Of a stretch of DNA of 64,000 nt, positions 26,905-38,575 are shown in pieces. A program made the translations under genes and the position numbers. The stretch is from the NCBI GenBank assembly GCA_965178125.1, contig OZ237735.1:2480001-2544000 (forward strand), read 5' to 3'. Source of the stretch: Bilabrum cf. latius (Eukaryota). The notes below the pieces were generated by a model, which saw only the letters and a list, made by a program, of their open reading frames with translations, was not told where the DNA came from and made no database searches. Numbering within the stretch: the first letter of the stretch is position 1; every line of letters begins with the position of its first letter.

Positions 26905-29400
26905 TCACTGAGGCTGGGACCGTCGGATCAAGAGCAGGGGGTGCAGGAAAGAGCCGGGCCCAGCCCACGTCATCATTTGGACCGGATTCTCAAGTCGGAG
27001 TGAATCGGGTTGGATCTCCACTGGTACCATGCTGATGTCGCGGGCTGCATACTTGCCCATCTGCAGCACCACACCCAGCTCGGCCAGCCGCATCGCGATC
27101 TCAGCCACATCCACAAGGCTCTCGATGCGGCGGCGGTGTGGTCTATCGATATCGTCGCCGATTTGCTCCATCACAGCCTCGGCCACCCATTCGGCGTACA
27201 GTTTGTTCAGCTGCTGACGAGTCATGATGGCACTGATGTCCAGCTGCTGCCTGAACTGCATGACCTTTGTCATGATGCGCTGGAAGGCAGCTGGATCCAG
27301 CAGCACATCCCACTCATCAGCGGCTCCGCCTACGTCGAGCACAGCAGCCTTGTACAGAATGGCTAGCTCTGCGGGCGTGGTGGTATCCTTGACGGTGATC
27401 TGTGGGATGTATACTTCCTTGAGTCCGGCCCTGGAGCCGAGCTGGATCAGGCCGAACGCCTGCAGGTTGAGATGAGCCATGTGCTCTGTGGTGACTGAGG
27501 CGTGGGAGAAGAAGCGGGGCTCGAGGGGGGCAGCACCGGCCGCACCGGATGCATCGCCGGCGACTGGGACATGCCCTTGCGGCTGCGAACCGGACTGCTA
27601 CACGGCGCCATGCACCACAGCCCGTTGGCCACGCTGCCTTGATATGCCCGAGCCGGCCATGGGGGCCTGGCCAGACATGAGCATGCCGGCCGCACCAGCT
27701 CGCTGCACGTCGCCACGACGCACTGCCACTGCTCCCCGTAGCCCAGAGGTGGACGAACCAGACGCCCCGCCGGTGGCTGGACCAGCATCGGTGCCAGCTG
27801 CGGATGAGGCAGATCCCTCAGGCTGTGGCGCTAAGGGTGCCTCGGGAAACCGGCTCAAGAACTCATCGATCACCACCCTGTGGTCCTTGCCGCTGCGCGC
27901 AAAGACGTCAGCTGCCGCCAGCAAGTGCACGCGTCCCGACTGGGCCAGCTTGTCTGCGTCCAGCCAGGGCGGCGTGGGTTGGTGCGTGCGTTGCCGCATC
28001 CTGCTCGAGATGACGAGCGGACTGAGGGCATTGTCATCGACTTGGACCACGCGCACCATCGACTCGGCATCATGAGCGTCGAGTGATCGGGGTGTCGCCT
28101 TGAAGCCTTCGCGAGGCATGGCCGCTGGTGGCGCGTGCATGTTGAGCTGGTAGGACACCTCCGATTGCTCCCCGCTTGCCATGTGGAGCTGCACACCCTT
28201 GGCTGCACCGGCGCTGCCTCCGCTCTGGGCAGGTGGCTGTTGGTTGCGCCAGATGTCCTGAATAGAGGTGTAGGCCTTGCACAGGATGTCAGCTTTCCTG
28301 GTGTTGACTTGCTGCACGAATGTCGTGGGGCACGCAATCTCACATGGGTCGTCGAGCGTGCCACAGAGTTGGGATGCCCTGCTCGGTGCGTCCGCCGGAG
28401 CGCAAGGCCCGCTGTCTGATCCTGCTGCAGGGCCGGATCCGGGCGATCCTTCGTGTGAATCGAATGAGTCCTCGCGCGAGATCGGCCGGGACTCGAGCGC
28501 GGCCCCCTCAGCGTCCCCCTCGCCATGCATCTCTGAATTACCGTCGCTTGCGGAGTCGCTTATACCAAGCAGGTGGTGCATTATGAGGCTCTCGTCGAGT
28601 ATGGCCTGTTGCCCCGCTGAGCCTGGTTTTCCAAGGTGCCCGGTGGGCATGCCATTATCGTGCAGGTCAGCTGTGGCGGGCGCTTGCATGGGTTGGTGCT
28701 CCGTACCCTGCGATGTGGTCTACGGAGCCCTGATGGTATCAAAATCGCCGTGTATGTCCATCCTAGTTACACCAATGTCCCGACCTCCTCCACGATGCAT
28801 GTCCCTGTCGAGTGGTTCCATCTAGCTAGGCTACGAACCCGATCCGATCAATTGCGCTTCGAGCCGAACACCCCGATCGGCCAGGTGGCTTACCAAGCTG
28901 GGAACTGTATGGTGTTCCTCAAAGACAAAGTGCTGCTCTGTAGCGCCGCGGCCTCTCACAATCCAACCAAGCTTTGCTGCAAGGTCCGGACTGATCGATA
29001 CAGTGTTCACGTCTGTTTTGCCCACCTTCACAGCTTCGATTCCGACAGTAAGTTGTGGATCAGGAAACTTGATGGAAACTATACCACCCCAGACGTATAC
29101 TTCCAGGCTCTGGAAGTTGGCTTCAGGCTTGTTGGGATCGGTAGAAGTTGCAGCTTCGCCGGAGGAGGGTGGTTTCTCGCCACGCGCGCGCTTGCGATTC
29201 GCTTTGCCCTCGAGATTCCGTATCGGTCTCTAGGATAGATCACGGGACATTGCTTTCTCTCTGAATCGCATGGCCGGAAGGGTAATTGCCTTGCTATCAC
29301 CATGATTTGCGCTGGTGTTCGATGCAGCGTGGCCCCTTGCTTCACGCTGCGACAGCGCAATCGCTCCTATAGCCCCTAGTAGAATGAATGATACCACCAT
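26905..29400 (-). CDS. Array gene B copy 6, full length
   Basis: Offset exactly 8391 bp from copy 4; frame open except for TAG. Confidence 0.7.
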
Positions 29401-30716
29401 GGCGCAAGAAGTGATGAAGCGGCAAGATTGGCTCCAAAATGCGGCGTTGGATATCTTTCTGAGATTTTGGAAACTGCTCACAAACCGGAACCGGGAACCT
29501 CCGTGAAACCCTCGAGCGATGCATGTATCCGGGACAGAAGCCCACAAAGCATCAAGAGCCTCGGGCTTAGGAACCGAGCCCAGTTGTAAGGATGCACGGT
29601 CTGCGGGCTTCAAGATTTTCGGGCGGGCCATCTCGAGAGACCATTCGGTTTACCACGTTCGCCGACTTGCCCGCACGGGAACTTGCAAGCCGGATGCGAT
29701 ACATGCGGCTGCTTCTTGGAGCCGACAAAGTCCCCACGACTAGTCCAGCAGAAACGGAGGGCGGGGACAGTGTCAGGCTGCCTCCAGTCCGGCCTGTTGC
29801 CATGTGTCCAATGCCATCGGTACCCCATTCTCGGGTGCCACGCAACGAGGTTGGGCTTGGTAGCTCTTGCATGTGATCTCCGCGCCAGCCTTGGGCTTTG
29901 GGCCAGCGATCACTGCCGGAGATCACCCCTTGCCCTCGGTGCTTGCTTCGGGAGCCAGCACCAGGCCTGTGGACGTATGCCAGCGCTGGTCCTTTTTGCT
30001 TTTGCTACGGGCACCCCGTCGCTGTGAAGCCGGCGTGTGATTGCTATTACATTCTGCACTATAAGAGTCTGGTAAAAGCGCTTCATCAAGCAAGTAGCGT
30101 TACCCACGCGTACCACCCGTAAATGTGCATCAAGGGCTCCGTGATATCCATTCGTCCTCCCTTCGTCTTCCACTCGCAGCCGCTGCGGCCCGGGCAACGG
30201 TTCCAACTTGGCACGCGCCGGATATCAGCCACCTGCCTCCACTCTGGGCAGGTGGCTATGGCTCGCGCCAGATGTCCTGAATAGAGGTGTAGGCCTTGCA
30301 CAGGATGTCAGCTTTCCTGATGTTGACTTGCTGCACGAATGTCGTGGGGCACGCAATCTTGGGTCGTCGGGCGTGCCACAGAGTTGGGATGCCCTGCTCG
30401 GTGCGTCCGCCGGAGCGCAAGGCCCGCTGTCTGATCCTGCTGCAGGGCCGGATCGGGACGATCCTTCGTGTGGATCGAATGAGTCCTCGCGCGAGATCGG
30501 CCGGGACCCGAGCACGGCACAGACAGACACCCTCAGGGGCCCTGAGTGAAGGGCACTCCAGCAGTAGTGTGTACATGCAGTGCACTGCTGGCAAGGCGGA
30601 GCGGGCCAGCAGCCGGTGCAATTTTACGATCTACAGGGGGCGCAAGAGGCTCGCAGATATCTCAGTTTGCTGCAAGCTAGTATAATACACAGGCCTGTAG
30701 TTGGCTGCGAAAAGTC

Positions 30717-32028
30717 ATGGACGAGCTGCTTTGGCTATCACAATCATACGAAGAGTACTTGCGAACGATACGATCCTTCCGCAAACCTGACTAGCCTGAG
30801 AAGGATGACGCGGCGCTGATGAAGTGGGTCTTACCATTGGATCGTTGTGCATAAGCGTTTGGTCCTTGATCTCACCATGTTTCTCCTGCACGTCTTGAGC
30901 CAGGCAGCACGTCTCTCGCAGGAGTTGGGCACGCATCGAGCGTGATTTCTTGGCGGCTCTGCGAGATGGGGACGACAGGCTTGCGCTGAAGCTATTTGAA
31001 TAGAACGCGGATATGCTCGGGCGCTACAGGTGGCCACATGTATACGGCGAGGGGTTCGATTCTGTAAGAAGCACCATACGAGCCGCAGTATCTGCCTGTG
31101 CGCCGTGATTGCTAGCCCCATGCATCTCAAGGTGAGACTTGGATCCTTTTCATCTCATTGGTGCCATGCAGCTGGGTGGACTGACGTAGGCCCTGACGCA
31201 TTTCGATCGGCCGAAGGTGCTTGAAAAGTTGGTGTTGCACCCGAGCGGTTGCTTGAGCGTGAGCACAGCCGAATGTGGCATGAATGCGTTCAAGCTTTTG
31301 AGTATTACATCCTTGCATTATGTCGTTAGATCTAGCCTTCACAGTGCTTGAACTGGATCGTGCATTACTGTGTTTTTGACAAGGCTCTGAAATGCTTGGA
31401 AGCGATGGCTCGGCTTGGTGTCCTCAGCATTCGATGGGAGCCCATCACAAAGGATGATGTCGAATGGCTCAGGTACAACGAGAAATCCAGAGCGGTCGTG
31501 CTTCCGGGTGTTGGGGAGGCAGGCAAGCGCAAGGATGCTGCTTCCATGGCACTGATGTTGCGGTGGGGCACGAGAGCATTCGAGGCCGGGCTTGCTAGCT
31601 CGACGGGTGTGACGTGGCTGGACGTGGCGTACCGCCGGGTGTTTGGCTCGTACACACCCATGGAGAAAGCTCTGAAGATGTGCGAGCGCGGCGCGAGACC
31701 CAGGTAGGTGCTAGCGCGGCTGTTCGATCTGGTGCCCGCGGAGGAGCTGGCCCGTGTGGCGCACGTGGACCCTCGGCGGGGGGACCGTCTGGTGCGCTGG
31801 CGGCGTGCATATGAAGCTCGGCGGGACGCTGGTCTGGTGTTTCAGGCAGCGAGCGAGGGTCGTCCATTGGAGCTGGGGAAGCGATTGCGTCTTGGGTCGT
31901 TGGCAGGAGGGGCGTGGGCGCGAGGTGTGTTGAATGGCGTGCAGATGGACGCGCTTGAGGCAGCGAGGATGGGCGGTCATGGTGAGTGCGTGGATGTGCT
32001 GGTGCAGGCTCGGGGCAGTAAGGGCTGA
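30717..32028 (+). CDS. Array gene A copy 7
   Basis: Nearly identical to copy 5 (+8391 bp). Confidence 0.65.
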
Positions 32029-32123
32029 GTAGACTGGTAAGCTGCAGCAAGCTAGTTGGTTCAGTCCAGTGGCACTTCAGCACTAGACAGCTTTTCAGCA
32101 TCACATCCCGTGCATCAAGCACG

Positions 32124-34709
32124 TCACTGAGGCTGGGACCGTCGGATCAAGAGCAGGGGGTGCAGGAAAGAGCCGGGCCCAGCCCACGTCATCATTTGGA
32201 CCGGATTCTCAAGTCGGAGTGAATCGGGTTGGATCTCCACTGGTACCATGCTGATGTCGCGGGCTGCATACTTGCCCATCTGCAGCACCACACCCAGCTC
32301 GGCCAGCCGCATCGCGATCTCAGCCACATCCACAAGGCTCTCGATGCGGCGGCGGCGTGGTCTATCGATATCGTCGCCGATTTGCTCCATCACAGCCTCG
32401 GCCACCCATTCCGCGTACTTTTTGTTCAGCTGCTGACGAGTCATGATGGCACTGATGTCCAGCTGCTGCCTGAACTGCATGACCTTTGTCATGATGCGCT
32501 GGAAGGCAGCTGGATCCAGCAGCACATCCCACTCATCAGCAGCTCCGCCTACGTCGAGCACAGCAGCCTTGTACAGAATGGCTAGCTCTGCGGGCGTGGT
32601 GGTATCCTTGACGGTGATCTGTGGGATGTATACTTCGTTGAGTCCGGCCCTGGAGCCGAGCTGGATCAGGCCGAACGCCTGCAGGTTGAGATGAGCCATG
32701 TGCTCTGTGGTGACTGAGGCGTGGGAGAAGAAGCGGGGCTCGAGGGGGACAGCACTGCTCGCGCCGGATGCATCGCCGGCGAGTGGGACATGCCCTTGCG
32801 GCTGCGAACCGGACTGCTACACGGCGCCATGCACCACAGCCCGTTGGCCACGCTGCCTTGATATGCCCGAGCCGGCCATGGGGGCCTGGCCAGACATGAG
32901 CATGCCGGCCGCACCAGCTCGCTGCACGTCGCCACGACGCACTGCCACTGCTCCCCGTAGCCCAGAGGTGGACGAACCAGACGCCCCGCCGGTGGCTGGA
33001 CCAGCATCGGTGCCAGCTGCGGATGAGGCAGATCCCTCAGGCTGTGGCGCTAAGGGTGCCTCGGGAAACCGGCTCAAGAACTCATCGATCACCACCCTGT
33101 GGTCCTTGCCGCTGCGCGCAAAGACGTCAGCTGCCGCCAGCAAGTGCACGCGTCCCGACTGGGCCAGCTTGTCTGCGTCCAGCCAGGGCGGCGTGGGTTG
33201 GTGCGTGCGTTGCCGCATCCTGCTCGAGATGACGAGCGGACTGAGGGCATTGTCATCGACTTGGACCACGCGCACCATCGACTCGGCATCATGAGCGTCG
33301 AGTGATCGGGGTGTCGCCTTGAAGCCTTCGCGAGGCATGGCCGCTGGTGGCGCGTGCATGTTGAGCTGGTAGGACACCTCCGATTGCTCCCCGCTTGCCA
33401 TGTGGAGCTGTGCACCCTTGGCTGCACCGGCGCTGCCTCCGCTCTGGGCAGGTGGCTGTTGGTTGCGCCAGATGTCCTGAATAGAGGTGTAGGCCTTGCA
33501 CAGGATGTCAGCTTTCCTGGTGTTGACTTGCTGCACGAATGTCGTGGGGCACGCAATCTCACATGGGTCGTCGGGCGTGCCACAGAGTTGAGATGCCCTG
33601 CTCGGTGCGTCCGCCGGAGCGCTAGGCCCGCTGTCTGATCCTGCTGCAGGGCAGGATCCGGACGATCCTTCGTGTGGATCGAATGAGTCCTCGCGCGAGA
33701 CCGGCCGGGACTCGAGCGCGGTCCCCTCAGCGTCCCCCTCGCCATGCATCCCTGAATTACCGTCGCTTGCGGAGTCGCTTATACCAAGCAGTTGTTGCAT
33801 TGTGAAGCTCTCGTCCGAGCTCGCCCTTGCGATGCCACCGCTGCCTGATGAAGGAGCGAGCACACCGCTTCGGCCTGGCTCTAAACCTGTGGGATCAAAG
33901 GGTATGGCCTGTTGCCCCGCTGAGCCTGGTTTTCCAAGGTGCCCGGTGGGCATGCCATTATCGTGCAGGTCAGCTGTGGCGGGCGCTTGCATGGGTTGGT
34001 GCTCCGTACCCTGCGATGTGGTCTACGGAGCCCTGATGGTATCATAATCGCCGTTAGTGTCCATCCTAGTTACACCAATGTCCCGACCTTCTCCACGATG
34101 CATGTCCCTGTCGAGTGGTTCCATCTACTAGTAGCTAGGCTACGAACCCGATCCGATCAATTGCGCTTCGAGCCGAACACCCCGATCGGCCAGGTGGCTT
34201 ACCAAGCTGGGAACTATATGGTGTTCCTCAAAGACAAAGTGCTGCTCTGTAGCGCCGCGGCCTCTCACAATCCAACCAAGCTTTGCCGCAAGGTCCGGAC
34301 TGATCGATACAGTGTTCACGTCTGTTTTGCCCACCTTCACAGCTTCGATTCCGACAGTAAGTTGTGGATCAGGAAACTTGATGGTAACTATACCACCCCA
34401 GACGTATACTTCCAGGCTCTGGAAGTTGGCTTCAGGCTTGTTGGGATCGGTAGAAGTTGCAGCTTCGCCGGGGGAGGGTGGTTTCTCGCCACGCGCGCGC
34501 TTGCGATTCGCTTTGCCCTCGAGATTCCGTATCGGTCTCTAGGATAGATCACGGGACATTGCTTTCTCTCTGAATCGCATGGCCGGAAGGGTAATTGCCT
34601 TGCTATTACCATGATTTGCGCTGGCGTTCGATGCAGCGTGGCCCCTTGCTTCACACTGCGACAGCGCAATCGCTCCTATAGCCCCTAGTAGAATGAATGA
34701 TACCACCAT
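32124..34709 (-). CDS. Array gene B copy 7, full length (~860 aa)
   Basis: Carries frame-preserving 84-nt and 6-nt insertions relative to copies 4 and 6, which supports coding status. Confidence 0.7.
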
Positions 34710-34818
34710 GGCGCAAGAAGTGATGAAGCGGCAAGATTGGCTCCAAAATGCGGCGTTGGATATCTTTCTGAGATTTTGGAAACTGCTCACAAACCGGAAC
34801 CTCCGTGAAACCCTCGAG

Positions 34819-36637
34819 TGATGGTTGGTAATGTGGATCTGTCGATCAACCGCTCAATGCTTCGCTCCCCCAGCACTCTCCCTCTCCCGCCACGCGCCAC
34901 TCGTGCGCCGCTACCCACCGTCGCCCACTCGTCTGTCGCTAGCACGGCCGTCTCCGTGCCGCCTAGGCCCGGCTGGCCGCTTTGTCCTGCCCTCAGCTTC
35001 CACTCTCGTACCTAGTACCTGCTCCTCGTAATCTCCTCCTTCCGTGGCGCTTTGGTTTTGGCTGGTGCTTCCCCGGGCACTGGGCAGGCGGCACGGACCT
35101 TTCAAGCCGCTATGGGGACTACCTGCCACTGGCCACGGGATCTACACTGGGCCCCCCTTTTGGCTGTTCGCCCATCGAACGCCGCAAGGAACACCCACGC
35201 CGCCCCGACCTAGGGGACGCCACCACGCAAAAAGAAGAAAAAATCTTGAACTCGATCGAGTTAGGGCATCACCGCTCGCACATCCCGCCCAGCCCACCAC
35301 GCTCGACACGGTCCTGTATGCTCACCGCAGCCCCAGCACAGTCGTCACCCGGTCCGCTCCTATTCAGGCTCCCATTGCCTTACCCTCTGTGAGGATACGG
35401 GGTCCGGCTGCTGTCCGCACGTTGCCGTGCCTCTTGCAGCACCACAGTGGTCCTTCACTGCAGCGTACGCTGTGCAGGATCTCGCCTCGCTCTCTCGGTG
35501 GGTGTCGCCGGTGCGACTGTCCCAGGGTCGATCCGAGATTCAGGCTCTCCTCTCGGCTGTGCAGGTCACTCTGTCCCCCTTCGGCCACGGAGCCATCCAA
35601 AGGACAGAAGTTTCCTGGGCCCGCAACGCGGTTCTTTGTGCTTCCAGAAAAACAGAGGTGCTCCACATGGGGGATTTTACGGCACGGACCACACCTCTGC
35701 TCCCAGTCTCATGACCACCTCACGCGTGGCCACCTCACACCCGTCCCCACTGTTGCAACCGGGAGGGTGGGTTGCTTCCGACCTATAGCCGGATTTACAG
35801 CGATCAACATGAGGCACGGACCTCATACTGACCGCACCCACCCCTACTCCCACGCCTACTTGACTCAGCCAAGTCCCTGGCCCCCCAAGCCACCCACCAA
35901 CGGTCCTGCTAACAGTGGCCATCGGCACCAGATGCGACCACGGAGCCTCATCTGGTTGGTGAAATGGGATGGTGGCAAAGGCCACCACCAGTTCATCCAC
36001 GTGTTCTAGATGGCTAGACGCACGCAGCTTCCCTGGCCCCGTTCCGTTGCCCTCCGCAACGCTTAAATGTTGGTAGCTAGGTATGAGTGTTGGTACCCTC
36101 CGAATCTGCGTCGCCATCCTGCGTGGGTGCCACGTGGTCCCCCCGTTGTCAGGGGGTCCACATGAACAGAAAAGAGGGCTGGTTCATGCTGGTACTGAGT
36201 GCGGAGGGAGGAGGAGCGGTCTGCCTCCGCCCCCCTCCCAAGAGAATATTACACACACTACCTGGCAGCAGTGACACACACACACTTACCCGCCCCTAAG
36301 ACGCCCTGTCTCGCTGAGTAAACCTTATCCGCCTGGCACCCCTCCCTTCAGCTGTAGGCCCCTCTGTTGTCCGCCAACTACTGGTCCCCCCTCACCTCCC
36401 GGCCTCCGCCGCGATGCCGCCCCATCCATATCCGAAGGAAATGGGGCCAACAAGACAAGAAACAATTCCATAAAAAGTAAAAATTATTTCCTTTATCTTC
36501 TTCTGAATTCCCCTAAGTGAGAGCGCTGGTCTCGCTCAGCTCGTACTCGGAATTGATCCGATCAGTATACCACTATCGGCCCAAACATCACTGTACATGG
36601 ATGCTCTGTATTCGTCAGTAGGGGTGCCATTGAATCA
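34819..36637. mobile_element. 1819-bp insertion, probable degenerate or non-autonomous transposable element
   Basis: The empty site CTCGAG^CGATGCATG is seen at ~21126 and ~29517. The insert starts TGAT and ends ATCA (or is flanked by an imperfect TGATG/CGATG duplication). No intact recognisable ORF. Confidence 0.6.
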
Positions 36638-37343
36638 CGATGCATGTATCCGGGACAGAAGCCCACAAAGCATCAGGAGCCTCGGGCTTAGGAACCGAGC
36701 CCAGTTGTAAGGATGCACGGTCTGCGGGCTTCAAGATTTTCGGGCGGGCCATCTCGAGAGGCCATTCGGTTTACCACGTTCGCCGACTTGCCCGCACGGG
36801 AACTTGCAAGCCGGATGCGATACATGCGGCTGCTGCTTGGAGCCGACAATGTCCCCACGACTAGTCCAGCAGAAACGGAGGGCGGGGACAGTGTCAGGCT
36901 GCCTCCAGTCCGGCCTGTTGCCATGTGTCCAATGCCATCGGTACCCCATTCTCGGGTGCCACGCAACGAGGTTGGGCTGGGTAGCTCTTGCATGTGCTCT
37001 CCGCGCCACCGCCAGCCTTGGGCTTTGGGCCAGCGATCACTGCCGGAGATCACCCCTTGCCCTCGGTGCTTGCTTCGGGAGCCAGCACCAGGCCTGTGGA
37101 CGTATGCCGGCGCTGGCCCTTTTGGCTACTGCTACGGGCATCCCGTCGCTATGAAGCTGGCGTGCGTTTGCTATTACATGCTGCACTATAAGTGTCTGGC
37201 AAAAGCACTTCATCAATCAAGTAGCTCAGCCCACACGTGCCGCCTGCAAAGGTGCAAGGGCTCCGCGACCTCCGTTCGTCCTCCTCACGGTTCCGGCTTT
37301 GCTTTGGCGGGCCGACAAACATTTCATTCGCAGTCGGCAGACA

Positions 37344-38294
37344 ATGCCAACGGGTATTGCCTTGCTTTCGTTAGTACTTACAGTAATACTAGCTTCTGCT
37401 ACCGTAAGTTCGGGTGGAAGGCTCGATGGTGCTCACCCTAACACGTGGTCAAGCTCGCAAACAGCTGCCAAGCTGCTTGAAATGGGCATTATTTCACCTG
37501 CCGCTGCCAAACGGATCGAGAAGCACAGCCTAAATCTTCTTGCGCTATGGGAAGTCGTAGAGGCATCAGATCTTGACGTCATGCGCGACATCGGGCTGCC
37601 CACGGAAGGTGTGGACAAATACCGATTCAAAGCTGACCTTGCAATTCTGCGCCAGCAGGGCGAGAGTAGCAATGCTCCAAGCGGTGACAGGGTAACTAGT
37701 ACTATTTCTAATTATGCAAAGATGGATTTCTTTGAGGTGCGCGAAGCAGACAAGGCAAGGTTTGACGCGTTCCTCACGGGATGCGGCAGCAGCCCGCAGG
37801 TGACCATCCTCATGTACTACTTCCACGACTGGGACTTTCTGGAGCACTTCATCGAAACGGACACGAACATGGCGTGGTTCTGGGTGCAGTGGCTGCTCGT
37901 GCCGAACTTCTTGGCATCGCGCATGATGTGGCATTTCTCCGACACGAACTTCATCGTCGCATGCGTGTTCGCTTCCGCCTAGCTCATCCAGATAGTGCTG
38001 TTCATCAAGCAAGTACTTGCACCCCCGGAGGATGCGACCGATGGAACGCCGCAGTCAAGGCTCGTGGATGGGCTGCGGAAGGCTTATTAGGGGGCGGCTG
38101 TCGGAGTGATCTTGTGGCGGGTGCTGATCAGCTACTTCCTGTTCGGGTGGGTGGAGGACGCGATGTTCTACGGCGCATTCTTCCTTCTTGCTGGTTCTCA
38201 GCTGATCATCATGCTGACGGTTGGGGTGGGCTGCTACTCGGCTGTGCAGGCCTAGAGTAGCGAGGGCGACGCCGCTATGCGCAGAATCGAGTGA
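37344..38294 (+). CDS. Signal peptide + SAM-like domain + multi-pass membrane protein (paralog 2)
   Basis: Colinear with 5307-6242 through 3 in-frame TAG. TAG 37980 aligns to CAG 5958 (AIPQL vs ASA*L). Ends TGA. Confidence 0.75.
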
Positions 38295-38575
38295 TCTCGC
38301 GAACATTACACCCGTCAGTAGATGAAGAGCCTGCTATCACGAAGATGATGCTGCAACCGGAGAAGCATGCACGGGATTTACAGGATGAGTGACGAGCGTA
38401 GGTTTTCATTGGTCACTGAGTGGATAAATAGCAATCTATCGCAACCCTCTATACAGCATCTAGTTTTGTTAAACCGATTCTGTAAGATAGGTTCTACGAC
38501 TAGCAAGGAAGAAGGACTCGGTACCACCGCAGTGGTTCTCAAAGCAAGTTGCACTTGAGACGTCACGCGTTTAAG

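Larger units (their letters stand above)
6263..37290. repeat. ~31 kb tandem array of 7 units of a convergent gene pair A(+)/B(-), with partial units, a shared ~340-bp spacer and an 8391-bp higher-order repeat
   Basis: Near-identical blocks recur: gene A ATGs at 7149, 10093, 13360, 17105, 22326, 25529, 30717; gene B stops at 8556, 11503, 14771, 18514, 23733, 26905, 32124. Spacer GTGCCACGCAACGAGGTTGGG at ~6263, 21444, 29835, 36956. Confidence 0.95.

Noticed and set aside
35044-36009. 321-aa ORF in the 1.8-kb insertion
   Set aside because: It has a non-ATG start, Pro/Arg/His-rich composition and no recognisable domain.
6263-37290. Array as an autonomous transposon, Helitron, endogenous virus or CRISPR
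   Set aside because: The unit has no transposase, reverse transcriptase, integrase, Rep/helicase, polB or capsid motifs. The units are kb-sized with spliceosomal introns, not repeat-spacer arrays.
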